This document shows, piece by piece, positions 1 through 8,999 of a DNA stretch of 41,711 bases. The notes below the pieces were generated by a model that searched no databases, had not been told where the DNA came from, and saw only the letters and a program-made list of their open reading frames with translations. This DNA is from a candidate division WWE3 bacterium RIFOXYB1_FULL_43_24 (GTDB taxonomy: Bacteria; Patescibacteriota; WWE3; UBA101185; UBA10185): positions 1-41,711 of the forward strand of contig MEVX01000012.1 of the NCBI GenBank assembly GCA_001773135.1, in the 5' to 3' direction. The stretch's first letter is position 1. Every line of letters begins with the position of its first letter. A program made the translations under genes and the position numbers.

Positions 1-210
1 GGGGTGGGATTGCCCGTTTCACCCTGTTTCATGGCAAAGCTTTAGAAACAGGCTCGTCTCTGTTGCTCTCGGAGCGCGTTCTCGCCCTCCGTTCTTTTGC
101 CCTTTCGGGCTAAGACACCAGAACTTACGTTTCGGAGATTGCCCTCCGTCCCCCTGCTCTGTACAGTCTGGACTTTCCTGGCCATAGGCCCGGTTCGCCT
201 GCTTCCCGTG
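1..210 (-). ncRNA. rnpB: RNase P RNA, 5' portion (3' end runs off the window)
   Basis: Minus strand reads ...CAGGAAAGTCCAGAC... (5' P4 motif), GAGAGCAACAGAGAC, and GGGTGAAACGGGCAATCCCACCCC, in the canonical order. P3 is very short (GGCC-TAT-GGCC). Extended -10 TGgTAAAAT at 224..216. Confidence 0.9.
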
Positions 211-271
211 GCCGTATTTTACCACCTTTTCCTTTATCGGTAATGTTTTCAGCGCACGGAAAAATGTATCA

Positions 272-436
272 ACCGGCCAACCTTACGTGTCTGGAATCTA
301 TCTACTCAGAGTGGTTGCCGATGAGCAACACCCACGCTGACTATGATGAGATAACCTTTTGTACCAGATAAAAGTGTTGCGAACAGACAACTTCTGAGTA
401 CTCGAGGCTGTTGTCCTGTGAGCAACACACCCGACC
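272..436 (-). ncRNA. candidate 6S-like rod-shaped ncRNA
   Basis: ORF-free ~165 nt with nested complementarity (TACTCAGA/TCTGAGTA, GTTGTC/GGCAAC, GCAACAC/GTGTTGC, outer GGTCGG/TTGGCC) around a central bubble. G-U pairs work only on the minus strand. Confidence 0.45.
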
Positions 437-453
437 TATGATATTATTACCCC

Positions 454-1524
454 ATGACCGAGCCACTCGATCCAAACAAATATCACGTGTTAACTCCGGC
501 GGGTAAAAAGAGAATTATATTTGCCGGGCTTTTTTTCGTACTTATTGTGTTGCCTTTTTTATTGCGCGCATATTACCGTGTGGCAATAAATAGACCCTCA
601 CAATCCGGAAAGGAAGTAAGTGTTGAGATTATGAAAGGCGAGGGGGTCGCCGACATTGCGCGTAACCTTGTGGATAAGGGAGCTATTAATTCTGATTTTC
701 TATTCAACGTTTATGTTTACACAGGAAATCTCGGTACCAAGATACAGGCGGGAACTTATAAAATACCTGCAGGATCAAATTTAAAGCAAGTAGTAGAAAT
801 AATTCAGCACGGCACAAACGACCTTCAACTTACTTTTCTCGAGGGTTGGCGTACCGAAGAATTTGCCCGTCTGGCTACAAACAATCTCGATAACATTGAT
901 TTTGAGGAATTTGTAAGTTTGGCCAAAGACAGCGAAGGATTCCTCTTTCCGGACACATACAGCATAAACAAAGACATCCAGGAAAAAGAGTTGCTAAGTA
1001 TCTTTACATCTACTTTCACCGAAAAAACCAAAGACATTTTAACCGAAGATAAGTTGTCAAAAGCAGGGCTGACCAAAGAGCAGGTAGTAATTTTTGCTTC
1101 AATGCTCGAGCGCGAAATACACTCGGAAGAAGATAGACCTGTTGTCGCCGGAATTATTATCAAAAGATGGAGAGAGGAAATGAAGCTGGATGTAGATGCA
1201 ACCACACAATATGTTGCAGCATGGCAGGATATATGCGGTGCCCCCGAGAGATGCATCCCCGCTTTTGAGGAGGTAGTAAACTTTGACTGGTGGCCGACAA
1301 TTCTTACGCAGGATGATTTGGAGTTGGAAAGTCCCTACAACACTAGAAAAAACTTAGGATTACCTCCTGCGCCGATTTCCAACCCGGGCTTAAGTGCAAT
1401 AGAAGCGGTATTAAATGCTCAGCAAAGCCCGTACTACTTTTACCTTACGGATAGTGAAGGCGTTGCCCACTACGCTGTTACTCTAGACCAGCATAATTTC
1501 AACACCGCAAAATATCTTAATTAA
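454..1524 (+). CDS. mltG: endolytic transglycosylase MltG (YceG family)
   Basis: N-terminal TM; motifs EGFLFPDTY, ASMLERE (catalytic Glu), SPYNT, GLPPAPISNPG, YFYL. Confidence 0.95.
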   Translation: MTEPLDPNKYHVLTPAGKKRIIFAGLFFVLIVLPFLLRAYYRVAINRPSQSGKEVSVEIMKGEGVADIARNLVDKGAINSDFLFNVYVYTGNLGTKIQAGTYKIPAGSNLKQVVEIIQHGTNDLQLTFLEGWRTEEFARLATNNLDNIDFEEFVSLAKDSEGFLFPDTYSINKDIQEKELLSIFTSTFTEKTKDILTEDKLSKAGLTKEQVVIFASMLEREIHSEEDRPVVAGIIIKRWREEMKLDVDATTQYVAAWQDICGAPERCIPAFEEVVNFDWWPTILTQDDLELESPYNTRKNLGLPPAPISNPGLSAIEAVLNAQQSPYYFYLTDSEGVAHYAVTLDQHNFNTAKYLN

Positions 1525-1928
1525 TTTTGTGGGCAATTATTAATAGCACTTTCTATCATTTCTTTTGTTACTAAGAAACCCAGGTCTCTGATTATTTTTT
1601 CATCCAGAAGAATTGGAATGCCCAGCATGTTACAGATTTTAAATGCGGCAAGAGGCGGCATATTTATGTCAGTATACTTGCCCTCTTGATTTAAAGTCAG
1701 GTATGCATAAAAAACGTCGTCCTGAAATTTGTATATTTTTGAAGAAACAACTTCTGTTTTTAGAGTTGTAAGAACATGCCGGAAAATTGTAAAAAGGTCG
1801 GGGTACGCAAAGTTAGATGTATCCTTTAACTCCATGGGTACCAACACCTTGGGGTTTTTACATAGAAAGTAAGCTGTTTTTTTATCATTACCGGGTATGG
1901 TAGTAATGTACTTCGCTTCCTTATACAT
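1521..1928 (-). CDS. degenerate bifunctional nuclease (DUF151)-like protein
   Basis: C-terminal pattern FYAYLTL...DINMPPLAAFKICNMLGIPILLDEKII parallels DUF151 (F.A.L...DaRPSDAiAlA....PI.v), but RPSD is replaced. Confidence 0.5.
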   Translation of the reverse strand: MYKEAKYITTIPGNDKKTAYFLCKNPKVLVPMELKDTSNFAYPDLFTIFRHVLTTLKTEVVSSKIYKFQDDVFYAYLTLNQEGKYTDINMPPLAAFKICNMLGIPILLDEKIIRDLGFLVTKEMIESAINNCPQN

Positions 1929-1969
1929 TTTCCCGATGTTAGAATATAGCTGTATAATTTAATTACTTT

Positions 1970-2395
1970 ATGCAACTGCTCAAAGATATCTATAATAGCG
2001 TTGAGGTTCTCAAGGGGCGCAGGCTTGTAATCCTGACCCTGGTGCTTTCTATAGCCTTCCTCGGGGTAGGTATCTTTATCGGGTATCTTAACAACCTCAT
2101 ATTAAAACAAGGTGAAATTTCAACAGAAACAGCACTTCCTCCTCCGATAATAGACCCATCGGTAATTCTTGAAGGTCGCGTAGCTTACACCAATCCCGAG
2201 TATTACCCGGGTGATGAGATTTCTTATGTTTTGACAGATACATCCGGGAAAGAGCTTTATTTGCTTAAGGCGGAAGATGACAAGTTAGCTTTGGCCGAGG
2301 GTCTAAATGTTAAAGTAAGGGGTGTCAAGATGACCACTCAGGCAGGAACCGAGTATTTATTGGTCAGGGAGGTTATTATAAATGCCGCAAATTGA
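1970..2395 (+). CDS. membrane-anchored hypothetical protein (possible small beta-barrel domain)
   Basis: One TM, Pro-rich linker, beta-rich C-terminus; overlaps the ftsE start. Confidence 0.75.
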   Translation: MQLLKDIYNSVEVLKGRRLVILTLVLSIAFLGVGIFIGYLNNLILKQGEISTETALPPPIIDPSVILEGRVAYTNPEYYPGDEISYVLTDTSGKELYLLKAEDDKLALAEGLNVKVRGVKMTTQAGTEYLLVREVIINAAN

Positions 2396-3068
2396 GTTTA
2401 TTAACGTTTCCAAAGAGTACGAACCCGGTAAAAAGGTATTGGACGATGTTACCTTTAAAGTCGAACCCGGGGAATTCATGTTTGTTGTAGGTCCTTCCGG
2501 GGCGGGGAAATCGACAATCATTAAATTACTCACAAAAGAAGAGATGCCGGAAGGCGGGGACATCCTGTTCAACGGAGAAAGTGTTTTGAATATCTCAAAA
2601 GACTCAGTTCCGGGATTAAGAAGAAAGATAGGCGTGGTCTTTCAGGATTTTAGGCTTTTGGAATCAAAAACCGTCTTTGATAATGTTGCTGTAGCGCTTG
2701 AGGTTGCTGATTCGAACCTGGAAGAAATAAGAAGTATCGTACCCAATGTGTTAAATATGGTCGGTCTGACAGACAAGATGTTTAAATACCCGAAGCAGTT
2801 ATCCGGAGGAGAAAAGCAAAAAGTTGCTATTGCCCGGGCCTTAGCGCACGAGCCGGACGTTATTTTGGCTGACGAACCAACGGGAATGATAGATCCGGAT
2901 TCGGTTGATGATGTACTGGAGGTTTTGGAAAAAATAAACTCTTTGGGGACTACCATACTTATGGCTACACACGACCAGGAAATTGTAAATGCAATGAAGA
3001 AAAGAGTCCTCCGCATCGAGAGGGGACAGGTAGTTTCAGATAAGAAGGGAGGCAAATACCGTGCCTAA
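2382..3068 (+). CDS. ftsE: cell division ATP-binding protein FtsE
   Basis: Walker A GPSGAGKST, LRRKIGVVFQDFRLL, LSGGEKQ, ADEPTG; adjacent to ftsX. Confidence 0.95.
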   Translation: MPQIEFINVSKEYEPGKKVLDDVTFKVEPGEFMFVVGPSGAGKSTIIKLLTKEEMPEGGDILFNGESVLNISKDSVPGLRRKIGVVFQDFRLLESKTVFDNVAVALEVADSNLEEIRSIVPNVLNMVGLTDKMFKYPKQLSGGEKQKVAIARALAHEPDVILADEPTGMIDPDSVDDVLEVLEKINSLGTTILMATHDQEIVNAMKKRVLRIERGQVVSDKKGGKYRA

Positions 3069-3948
3069 AAATTGGTCTATTTTCATGTCTAATATAAAGA
3101 AGGAAAAGTTACTGAGTGTTTCTAACATATTGATAATGACTGTCACGTTTGTTTTACTTGGACTTCTGATAAATGTTGTTGTTTTTTCACAGACCGCACT
3201 TAGATACCTTGAGGATCAGGCGCAAGTCACGGTTTTTTTCAAAGACGACTTTAATGAAGCTAAAATAAACGAATTAAAAGACAGTTTATCTAAAGATAAG
3301 AGAGTTTCGGAGTTGGTATATGTCTCAAAAGAGGATGCATTAAGAATATTCAGAGAGATAAATAAGGATGAGCCCGTATTACTGGAGTCCGTTTCGGCCA
3401 GTATACTTCCGGCCAGTCTGGAAGTTCGTGCGGGTAAGATTTCTAATCTAAAACCTTTGGCGGAAGAATTAAAGATAATAGACGGCGTAGAAGAGGTGAG
3501 ATATTTTGAGGACGTGGTGTCCAGATTTAAATTTTGGAGCACTGTTGTTTACATTATAGGTACGCTACTGGTATTGGTATTTTTGGTCGTTTCCTATTCT
3601 GTAGTCATAGCAGCATTGAGAGCCACTATAAATTCCAAAGGTGTTGAGTTCGAGATAATGAAGATTGTCGGGGCATCGGACGATTATGTTAAGGTACCTC
3701 TTATACACCACGGTGTATTTTTTGGATTATTCTCGTCGTTTATCGCATCGGTATTGATGATAATTTTAGGCGTAGTAATTACTCTTACGAACGTTTTCCC
3801 GAGAGGTCTGGGTATAGGATTTTTGCCGGGAGTTTTTGTGGCACCGTGGGTTTTTTCAATAATCCTCACTTTCATTTTACTTCTATCGGGTTTCCTTTTG
3901 GGTTACCTCGGGAGCTCGGCGGCAATAAAGAAATACCTGAATTATTAG
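3061..3948 (+). CDS. ftsX: cell division permease FtsX
   Basis: 4-TM topology with extracellular loop, YVSKEDAL, LPASLEV, EIMKIVGA; follows ftsE. Confidence 0.93.
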   Translation: MPKNWSIFMSNIKKEKLLSVSNILIMTVTFVLLGLLINVVVFSQTALRYLEDQAQVTVFFKDDFNEAKINELKDSLSKDKRVSELVYVSKEDALRIFREINKDEPVLLESVSASILPASLEVRAGKISNLKPLAEELKIIDGVEEVRYFEDVVSRFKFWSTVVYIIGTLLVLVFLVVSYSVVIAALRATINSKGVEFEIMKIVGASDDYVKVPLIHHGVFFGLFSSFIASVLMIILGVVITLTNVFPRGLGIGFLPGVFVAPWVFSIILTFILLLSGFLLGYLGSSAAIKKYLNY

Positions 3949-3954
3949 TCAGTT

Positions 3955-5196
3955 ATGTTAAATAAAAAAAACTGTGTTTGGGCTCTACTGCCTTTAATAT
4001 TCTTTCTGATTCCCTTGGTGACGGTGCTGGGACAGGACACCATAAATAAAGATGAAGTTGAGGAATTGGAAGAGAAAATCGAAAAATATGAAGAAAAGAT
4101 AGACGAATTGCAGGGGAGAGCAAAAACACTAGCTAACGAGATAGAGTATATGAACAGTCAGATAAGCCTGACTGAACTGAAAATCCAAAATTCCGTTGCT
4201 AAGATAAGAAAAACCGAGGAAGAAATCAGGAAACTGGCCGGTGACATCGAAGACTTAAAAGTACGGATTTTAAAACTGGAGAAATCTATTGATTACCAAA
4301 AAGAGGTTTTGTCAGCAAGGATCCGGGAAAGATATAAGTCCCGGGATGAAAACGCAATGGTTGTGTTGTTCGGGTCGGCTACATTGGACACCATGGTTCA
4401 AAAAGTAGAATACCTGAAGGCAATGGAAAGATATGATAACAAGCTACTGGTGGAAATGGGTGACACAAAGACCAGGTACGACATGCAGAAAAATCTTTTT
4501 GAGCAGAAAAAGGACGAGGAAGAGAAACTTAAAATCCAGCTTTTAAATGAAAAAGCCAATCTGGATACATACAAAGGTAATCTTGTCGGTCAGCAGGAGG
4601 AGAAAAAAAGATTATTAGAAGTTACACAGAACGACGAGACTAAATATCAGAGTTTGTTGAGCGAAGCTCAGCGCGAGTTAAATCAAATCGTGGGTGCTGC
4701 CGGCGCCCTGTTGAACACAGAGTCACGGGAGGTAAAAAAAGGAGAAATGATAGGCATCCAGGGTAACACAGGGTATTCGTTCGGTGCCCACCTCCACTTT
4801 GGAGTTTACAGATACTCATCGTTGGAAGAAATAAACGGCTGGAATTGGTACTACTCAGACTACGTCGACCCGTTAAAGAAACTTAAATCCAAGTCCGTTT
4901 ATTGGAACACAGGTTGTGAGTCTGCAGGGACCAGAAAAGTTGGAAATGGAGATTGGGATTGGCCCATGTCCAGCCCGACAATATCCCAGGGCTTCGGTGT
5001 TACCTGCTGGTCATCCTCTCTATATGGAGGCAAACCTCACCCCGCACTTGATATGTACGGTCCCTCTAATTCTCCAGTATATGCGGCGGATGATGGGGAC
5101 GCTTATTTCTGCAGGAATTGTCTCGGTGACGGCGGTAACGGAGTATTCATTTTCCATGACAACGACTATATGACTGTTTATTGGCATTTGAAGTGA
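3955..5196 (+). CDS. FtsEX-associated coiled-coil murein hydrolase with circularly permuted M23 peptidase domain
   Basis: Signal peptide, ~220-aa coiled coil, then IGIQGNTGYSFGAHLHF followed by WPM...HPALD...VYAADDG...YWHLK. Confidence 0.88.
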   Translation: MLNKKNCVWALLPLIFFLIPLVTVLGQDTINKDEVEELEEKIEKYEEKIDELQGRAKTLANEIEYMNSQISLTELKIQNSVAKIRKTEEEIRKLAGDIEDLKVRILKLEKSIDYQKEVLSARIRERYKSRDENAMVVLFGSATLDTMVQKVEYLKAMERYDNKLLVEMGDTKTRYDMQKNLFEQKKDEEEKLKIQLLNEKANLDTYKGNLVGQQEEKKRLLEVTQNDETKYQSLLSEAQRELNQIVGAAGALLNTESREVKKGEMIGIQGNTGYSFGAHLHFGVYRYSSLEEINGWNWYYSDYVDPLKKLKSKSVYWNTGCESAGTRKVGNGDWDWPMSSPTISQGFGVTCWSSSLYGGKPHPALDMYGPSNSPVYAADDGDAYFCRNCLGDGGNGVFIFHDNDYMTVYWHLK

Positions 5197-5262
5197 TTTT
5201 TAGCTAAGCCGAACGTTTTCTAATATAGATAGATTTTCTCCCGACACTATTAATTCATTAAA

Positions 5263-5850
5263 GTGCATATTATTCATGTGAAGATCTACTATTTTTTGAT
5301 GATTGTGTTGGTAATACTACTCCTAGGAAAGGGCGTAAACGCGGGTTCTATTTATTCTGGCCGTTGTGTATACCCGGGAGGGATTTTCAAAATTAACCTA
5401 TCCGGCGGATTTACAGATACCAAAAATTACACAGCGGTAATAAAAAACGAACACGCTACATTAGAGTTTTATGATAATGGGGGTGAAAACGCAGAGATTT
5501 TGATGTTGGGGAATGGCGGGAGATTTCCGTTATACAAATTAAACTATGTGAAAGCTAAGGCTATAAGCGGACCGTACCTCACCTTAAGTTTTGATATTTA
5601 TGATGGGGCGGGAAGCCTTGTTTCGTTTATAGATTCCGGGAAAATATGCAATCTTGCTTGGTTTCGCGAAAAGCACGGAAAATTTGAGCGTTACTACCTT
5701 GAAAAAGACCCTCCTGCAACCAACGAAGCCATCATACCCCCGGATTATAAAGAGAAAGAAAAAAACATGAAAGCCGCAGTATTCTGTTTTGTGAGTTTCA
5801 CGTTAGGAGGTCTTATGGGTTTTAGAACGGCGAAAATGATAGAATACTGA
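5263..5850 (+). CDS. hypothetical exported protein with C-terminal hydrophobic anchor
   Basis: Signal-like N-terminus, hydrophobic C-terminus, fills the gap between neighbours. Confidence 0.65.
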   Translation: MHIIHVKIYYFLMIVLVILLLGKGVNAGSIYSGRCVYPGGIFKINLSGGFTDTKNYTAVIKNEHATLEFYDNGGENAEILMLGNGGRFPLYKLNYVKAKAISGPYLTLSFDIYDGAGSLVSFIDSGKICNLAWFREKHGKFERYYLEKDPPATNEAIIPPDYKEKEKNMKAAVFCFVSFTLGGLMGFRTAKMIEY

Positions 5851-5851
5851 G

Positions 5852-6235
5852 GTGTCAAAAGGTCTGAAGAGCTATAAAAAATGGATACCTGCAGTAATAG
5901 TAATGGGTGTCATTTCGATTCTTTCGTCAATAAAAGGTCCCTATATCGACGCTGTTGGTTTGGGTAAAGAAAGTTATCATATAAACGCTCACTTCTTTCT
6001 TTTTGTTGCCCTGTGCATTTCTTATTATTATGCTACAGGAAAAGTGGCTTTGTCGGTGGTTCTTACTATAATATTCGGAATATTTGACGAACTTCACCAG
6101 ATTTTTACCCCATTCAGGAATGCCAGCCTGTTTGATATTCAGGTGGACAGTTTAGGGGCGGTTATCGGAGGAATTATTTCATGGAAATTTTGGCCAAAAA
6201 TCCAGAACAAACTCAAAAATTTGCAGAAAAAATAG
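5852..6235 (+). CDS. VanZ family membrane protein
   Basis: AHFFLF, DELHQIFTPFRNASLFDIQVDSLG motif. Confidence 0.88.
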   Translation: MSKGLKSYKKWIPAVIVMGVISILSSIKGPYIDAVGLGKESYHINAHFFLFVALCISYYYATGKVALSVVLTIIFGIFDELHQIFTPFRNASLFDIQVDSLGAVIGGIISWKFWPKIQNKLKNLQKK

Positions 6236-6618
6236 CTGCACAACTAAAACCGGGAGACGTGGTGGCTTTATACGGAGACTTGGGTGCGGGTAAAACAACT
6301 TTTGTTTCAATGGCCGCTAAAGCATTGGATTTTTCCGATAGAGTTCAAAGCCCGACCTTTGTTGTTTCAAGAATATATAGTGGGGGCGGTTCATCTTCTG
6401 AAATAAAATATGTACATCATCTGGATCTCTACAGAATGCAAGATTCCACAGATGTTAAAGAATTGGGAATGGAAGATTATCTAGAGCAACCCGATTCCGT
6501 TACATTTATTGAATGGCCCGAAGTAGCTGAAAATTACTTACCGGAAAAAACAATCAGGATCTTTTTTGAAATTCTGTCCAAAAACGAAAGGAAAATACAT
6601 GTTCAAAATTTACATTGA
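6181..6618 (+). CDS. tsaE: tRNA t6A biosynthesis ATPase TsaE
   Basis: LYGDLGAGKTTF, VQSPTF, HLDLYR, IEWPE. Confidence 0.95.
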   Translation: MEILAKNPEQTQKFAEKIAAQLKPGDVVALYGDLGAGKTTFVSMAAKALDFSDRVQSPTFVVSRIYSGGGSSSEIKYVHHLDLYRMQDSTDVKELGMEDYLEQPDSVTFIEWPEVAENYLPEKTIRIFFEILSKNERKIHVQNLH

Positions 6619-6952
6619 TTCGAGGCTAAGAAAACAAACAACAGCGTCCCTTTTTAAGAGGACCCTTTTTTTCTGGTTCAAAAAGGATAGTTTAACTTTG
6701 GAAGCAGATCCTGCAGATGCCCTTGCTGAAATATTACGAAAAAACAATTTGTCGCTGGAGCAGATCGATTCCTTCGAGACATATCCGGGGCCGGGATCCT
6801 ACACAGGCTTAAAAATGGGCCACGCAGTTGTTAATGTTTTGAATTGGGTCTACAAGGGTGTGCCGACAGTTAAATTGCCCTTACCAAAATATGGTTCGGA
6901 ACCTAATATCACTCCCCCAAAGACCAAAAAGAAGGCCAAAAATGAGGTATAA
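6599..6952 (+). CDS. tsaB: short TsaB-like protein (N-terminal domain only)
   Basis: IYIDS N-terminus and GPGSYTGLKMG motif; follows tsaE; start taken at ATG 6599. Confidence 0.75.
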   Translation: MFKIYIDSRLRKQTTASLFKRTLFFWFKKDSLTLEADPADALAEILRKNNLSLEQIDSFETYPGPGSYTGLKMGHAVVNVLNWVYKGVPTVKLPLPKYGSEPNITPPKTKKKAKNEV

Positions 6953-6960
6953 TGACCAAT

Positions 6961-7917
6961 ATGAAAATATTAGTAACAGGAGCCGCGGGCTTTATTGGAT
7001 CGCATCTTTCTGAGAGATTAAAATCTCTCGATCACGATGTTGTCGGTATCGACAACTTTAATACTTATTACTCTCCCGAGCTTAAGAAATTGAACGCCGA
7101 GGATCTTGAGAAAAAGGGCATAACGGTTGAAATGAGAGATTTGACCACGGATGACCTAACCGATGTTTTGAAGGACGTAGAAATAGTTTTTCACCTTGCT
7201 GCACAACCGGGAATTTCCTCAGCAACCGCTTTTGACACCTACTTAAGAAATAATATTGTAGCAACCCATAACTTATTAGAAGCCGTACAGAAAATAGATC
7301 TCAAAATGTTTATAAATGTATCGACGTCTTCAGTATACGGAATGCACGCTACGGAGGATGAAACTACTTCTCCTAAGCCGACATCGTATTACGGCGTAAC
7401 TAAACTTGCGGCTGAGCAGCTCGCTCTTTCTTATCACAGAGATAAAAAAATGCCCGTTGCTTCGGCGAGACTGTTTTCAGTTTACGGTGAGCGTGAACGC
7501 CCTGAAAAACTATTTCCTAAACTCATATATTCAATCCTCAAAGGAGAGCCTTTCCCTTTGCACAGAGGGTCTCAGAAGCATGCGAGAAGCTACACTTATG
7601 TGGGAGATATTGTGGACGGACTCGTGCTTATTATGGACAAGTTTGATGTGTGCAACGGTGAAATATTCAATTTGGGAATAGATCAATCAATGACTACGGG
7701 GGATGCGATTAAAATCGTTGAGAAAATTCTGGGTAAAAAAGCTATTTTTGAAAATAAACCAAAACGGCCGGGAGACCAAAAAGAGACCTATGCTGACATA
7801 AGCAAAGCTATAAGGGTTTTGGGTTACCACCCGCTTACAAACCCTCAGCAAGGTTTGGAGAAAGAGGTTAAATGGTTTAAGGAGAAAATATGGAAAAAGA
7901 TAGAGCTGTACCAGTAG
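6961..7917 (+). CDS. NAD-dependent nucleotide-sugar epimerase (UDP-glucuronate 4-epimerase-like)
   Basis: TGAAGFIGSH, HLAAQPG, STSSVYG, YGVTK; start at 6961 is 7 nt after TATAAT (6948-6953). Confidence 0.9.
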   Translation: MKILVTGAAGFIGSHLSERLKSLDHDVVGIDNFNTYYSPELKKLNAEDLEKKGITVEMRDLTTDDLTDVLKDVEIVFHLAAQPGISSATAFDTYLRNNIVATHNLLEAVQKIDLKMFINVSTSSVYGMHATEDETTSPKPTSYYGVTKLAAEQLALSYHRDKKMPVASARLFSVYGERERPEKLFPKLIYSILKGEPFPLHRGSQKHARSYTYVGDIVDGLVLIMDKFDVCNGEIFNLGIDQSMTTGDAIKIVEKILGKKAIFENKPKRPGDQKETYADISKAIRVLGYHPLTNPQQGLEKEVKWFKEKIWKKIELYQ

Positions 7918-8909
7918 GAGGAACAATTTCAGCGGCAAGAACCGTTTCAATTGTTATTCCCTGCTACAACGAAGAAAAAAATATAAATAGGACAATTGAA
8001 GGTTTGCTGGAACTTGAGCGGGATTCGGGAGAAACCTTCGAAATAATTGCCGTCAACGACGGAAGCAAAGATGGAACATGGGGAGTAATTGAAGAGTACT
8101 CTGAAAAATATCACAACGTAATCGGTGTAAATATGATGTGCAATTTTGGGCAAAGCGCTGCTTACATGGCGGGGTTTGATATTTCGACAGGAGATTATGT
8201 TGTTACAGTATCAGCGGATTTGGAAACACCCTTAGAGAATATTTCTGAGGTAATAAAATATTTGGATGAAGGTTATGATTTCGTAAATACTCACAGGGTA
8301 GGAAGATGGGGAGCTGAAAAAGCAGGGCGTCAGGCAAAAAGCGGGTTAGCCAACAAAATAATTACAAAAATATCCGGCGTTCACATGCAAGATAGAGGCT
8401 CGGGTATGAAAGGATTCAGACGGGTGTTGATAGAAAACCTTCGTTTATACGGAGAAATGCACAGGTTTATTCCCGACTATGTAAAAGTATACGGTGCAAA
8501 AATGACCGAATTCGAAGTAGAGTTTAAGGACCGCGAGTTTGGAGAGTCCTACTATAAAGGTCACAAAAGGACTATTAAAGTTTTGCTGGATCTGGTCACT
8601 TTGTTTTTTATGCTTTATTTTTCTACAAAACCTTTTAAAGCAATGCCGGGTAGGTTGTTCGGTTTTGCAGGTGCGTTAATCGCCGGCTTGGGAGGTTTGG
8701 GAGCAGTTTATCTTACGATATTGAAACTCATGGGACAGAGCATAGGGGACAGACCGCTGCTTATCCTATCGGTCTTATTAATAATTGTGGGTGTTCAGTC
8801 GATGATGACAGGAATGATAGGTGAGTTAGGCATGAGAACTTACTTTGAATCTTCAGGTAGAAAGACCTACATTGTTCGGCAGCTAGCCAAAAAAGGCAGG
8901 CAAGACTAA
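7890..8909 (+). CDS. GT2 polyprenol-phosphate glycosyltransferase (ArnC/DPM1-like)
   Basis: SIVIPCYNEE, VNDGSKD, NFGQSAA, LYGEMHRFIP, two C-terminal TMs. Confidence 0.92.
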   Translation: MEKDRAVPVGGTISAARTVSIVIPCYNEEKNINRTIEGLLELERDSGETFEIIAVNDGSKDGTWGVIEEYSEKYHNVIGVNMMCNFGQSAAYMAGFDISTGDYVVTVSADLETPLENISEVIKYLDEGYDFVNTHRVGRWGAEKAGRQAKSGLANKIITKISGVHMQDRGSGMKGFRRVLIENLRLYGEMHRFIPDYVKVYGAKMTEFEVEFKDREFGESYYKGHKRTIKVLLDLVTLFFMLYFSTKPFKAMPGRLFGFAGALIAGLGGLGAVYLTILKLMGQSIGDRPLLILSVLLIIVGVQSMMTGMIGELGMRTYFESSGRKTYIVRQLAKKGRQD

Positions 8910-8999
8910 GCCGTTTCCGGGTTTTTATGTGAAGGTTGCATGTGTCCCGCCCCTTATGTAATATAGATGGATATAAATTTGTTTTGATAGGAGGTGTTT

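Noticed and set aside
19-225. 68-aa ORF on the minus strand
   Set aside because: It coincides with RNase P RNA motifs; a spurious translation of a structured RNA.
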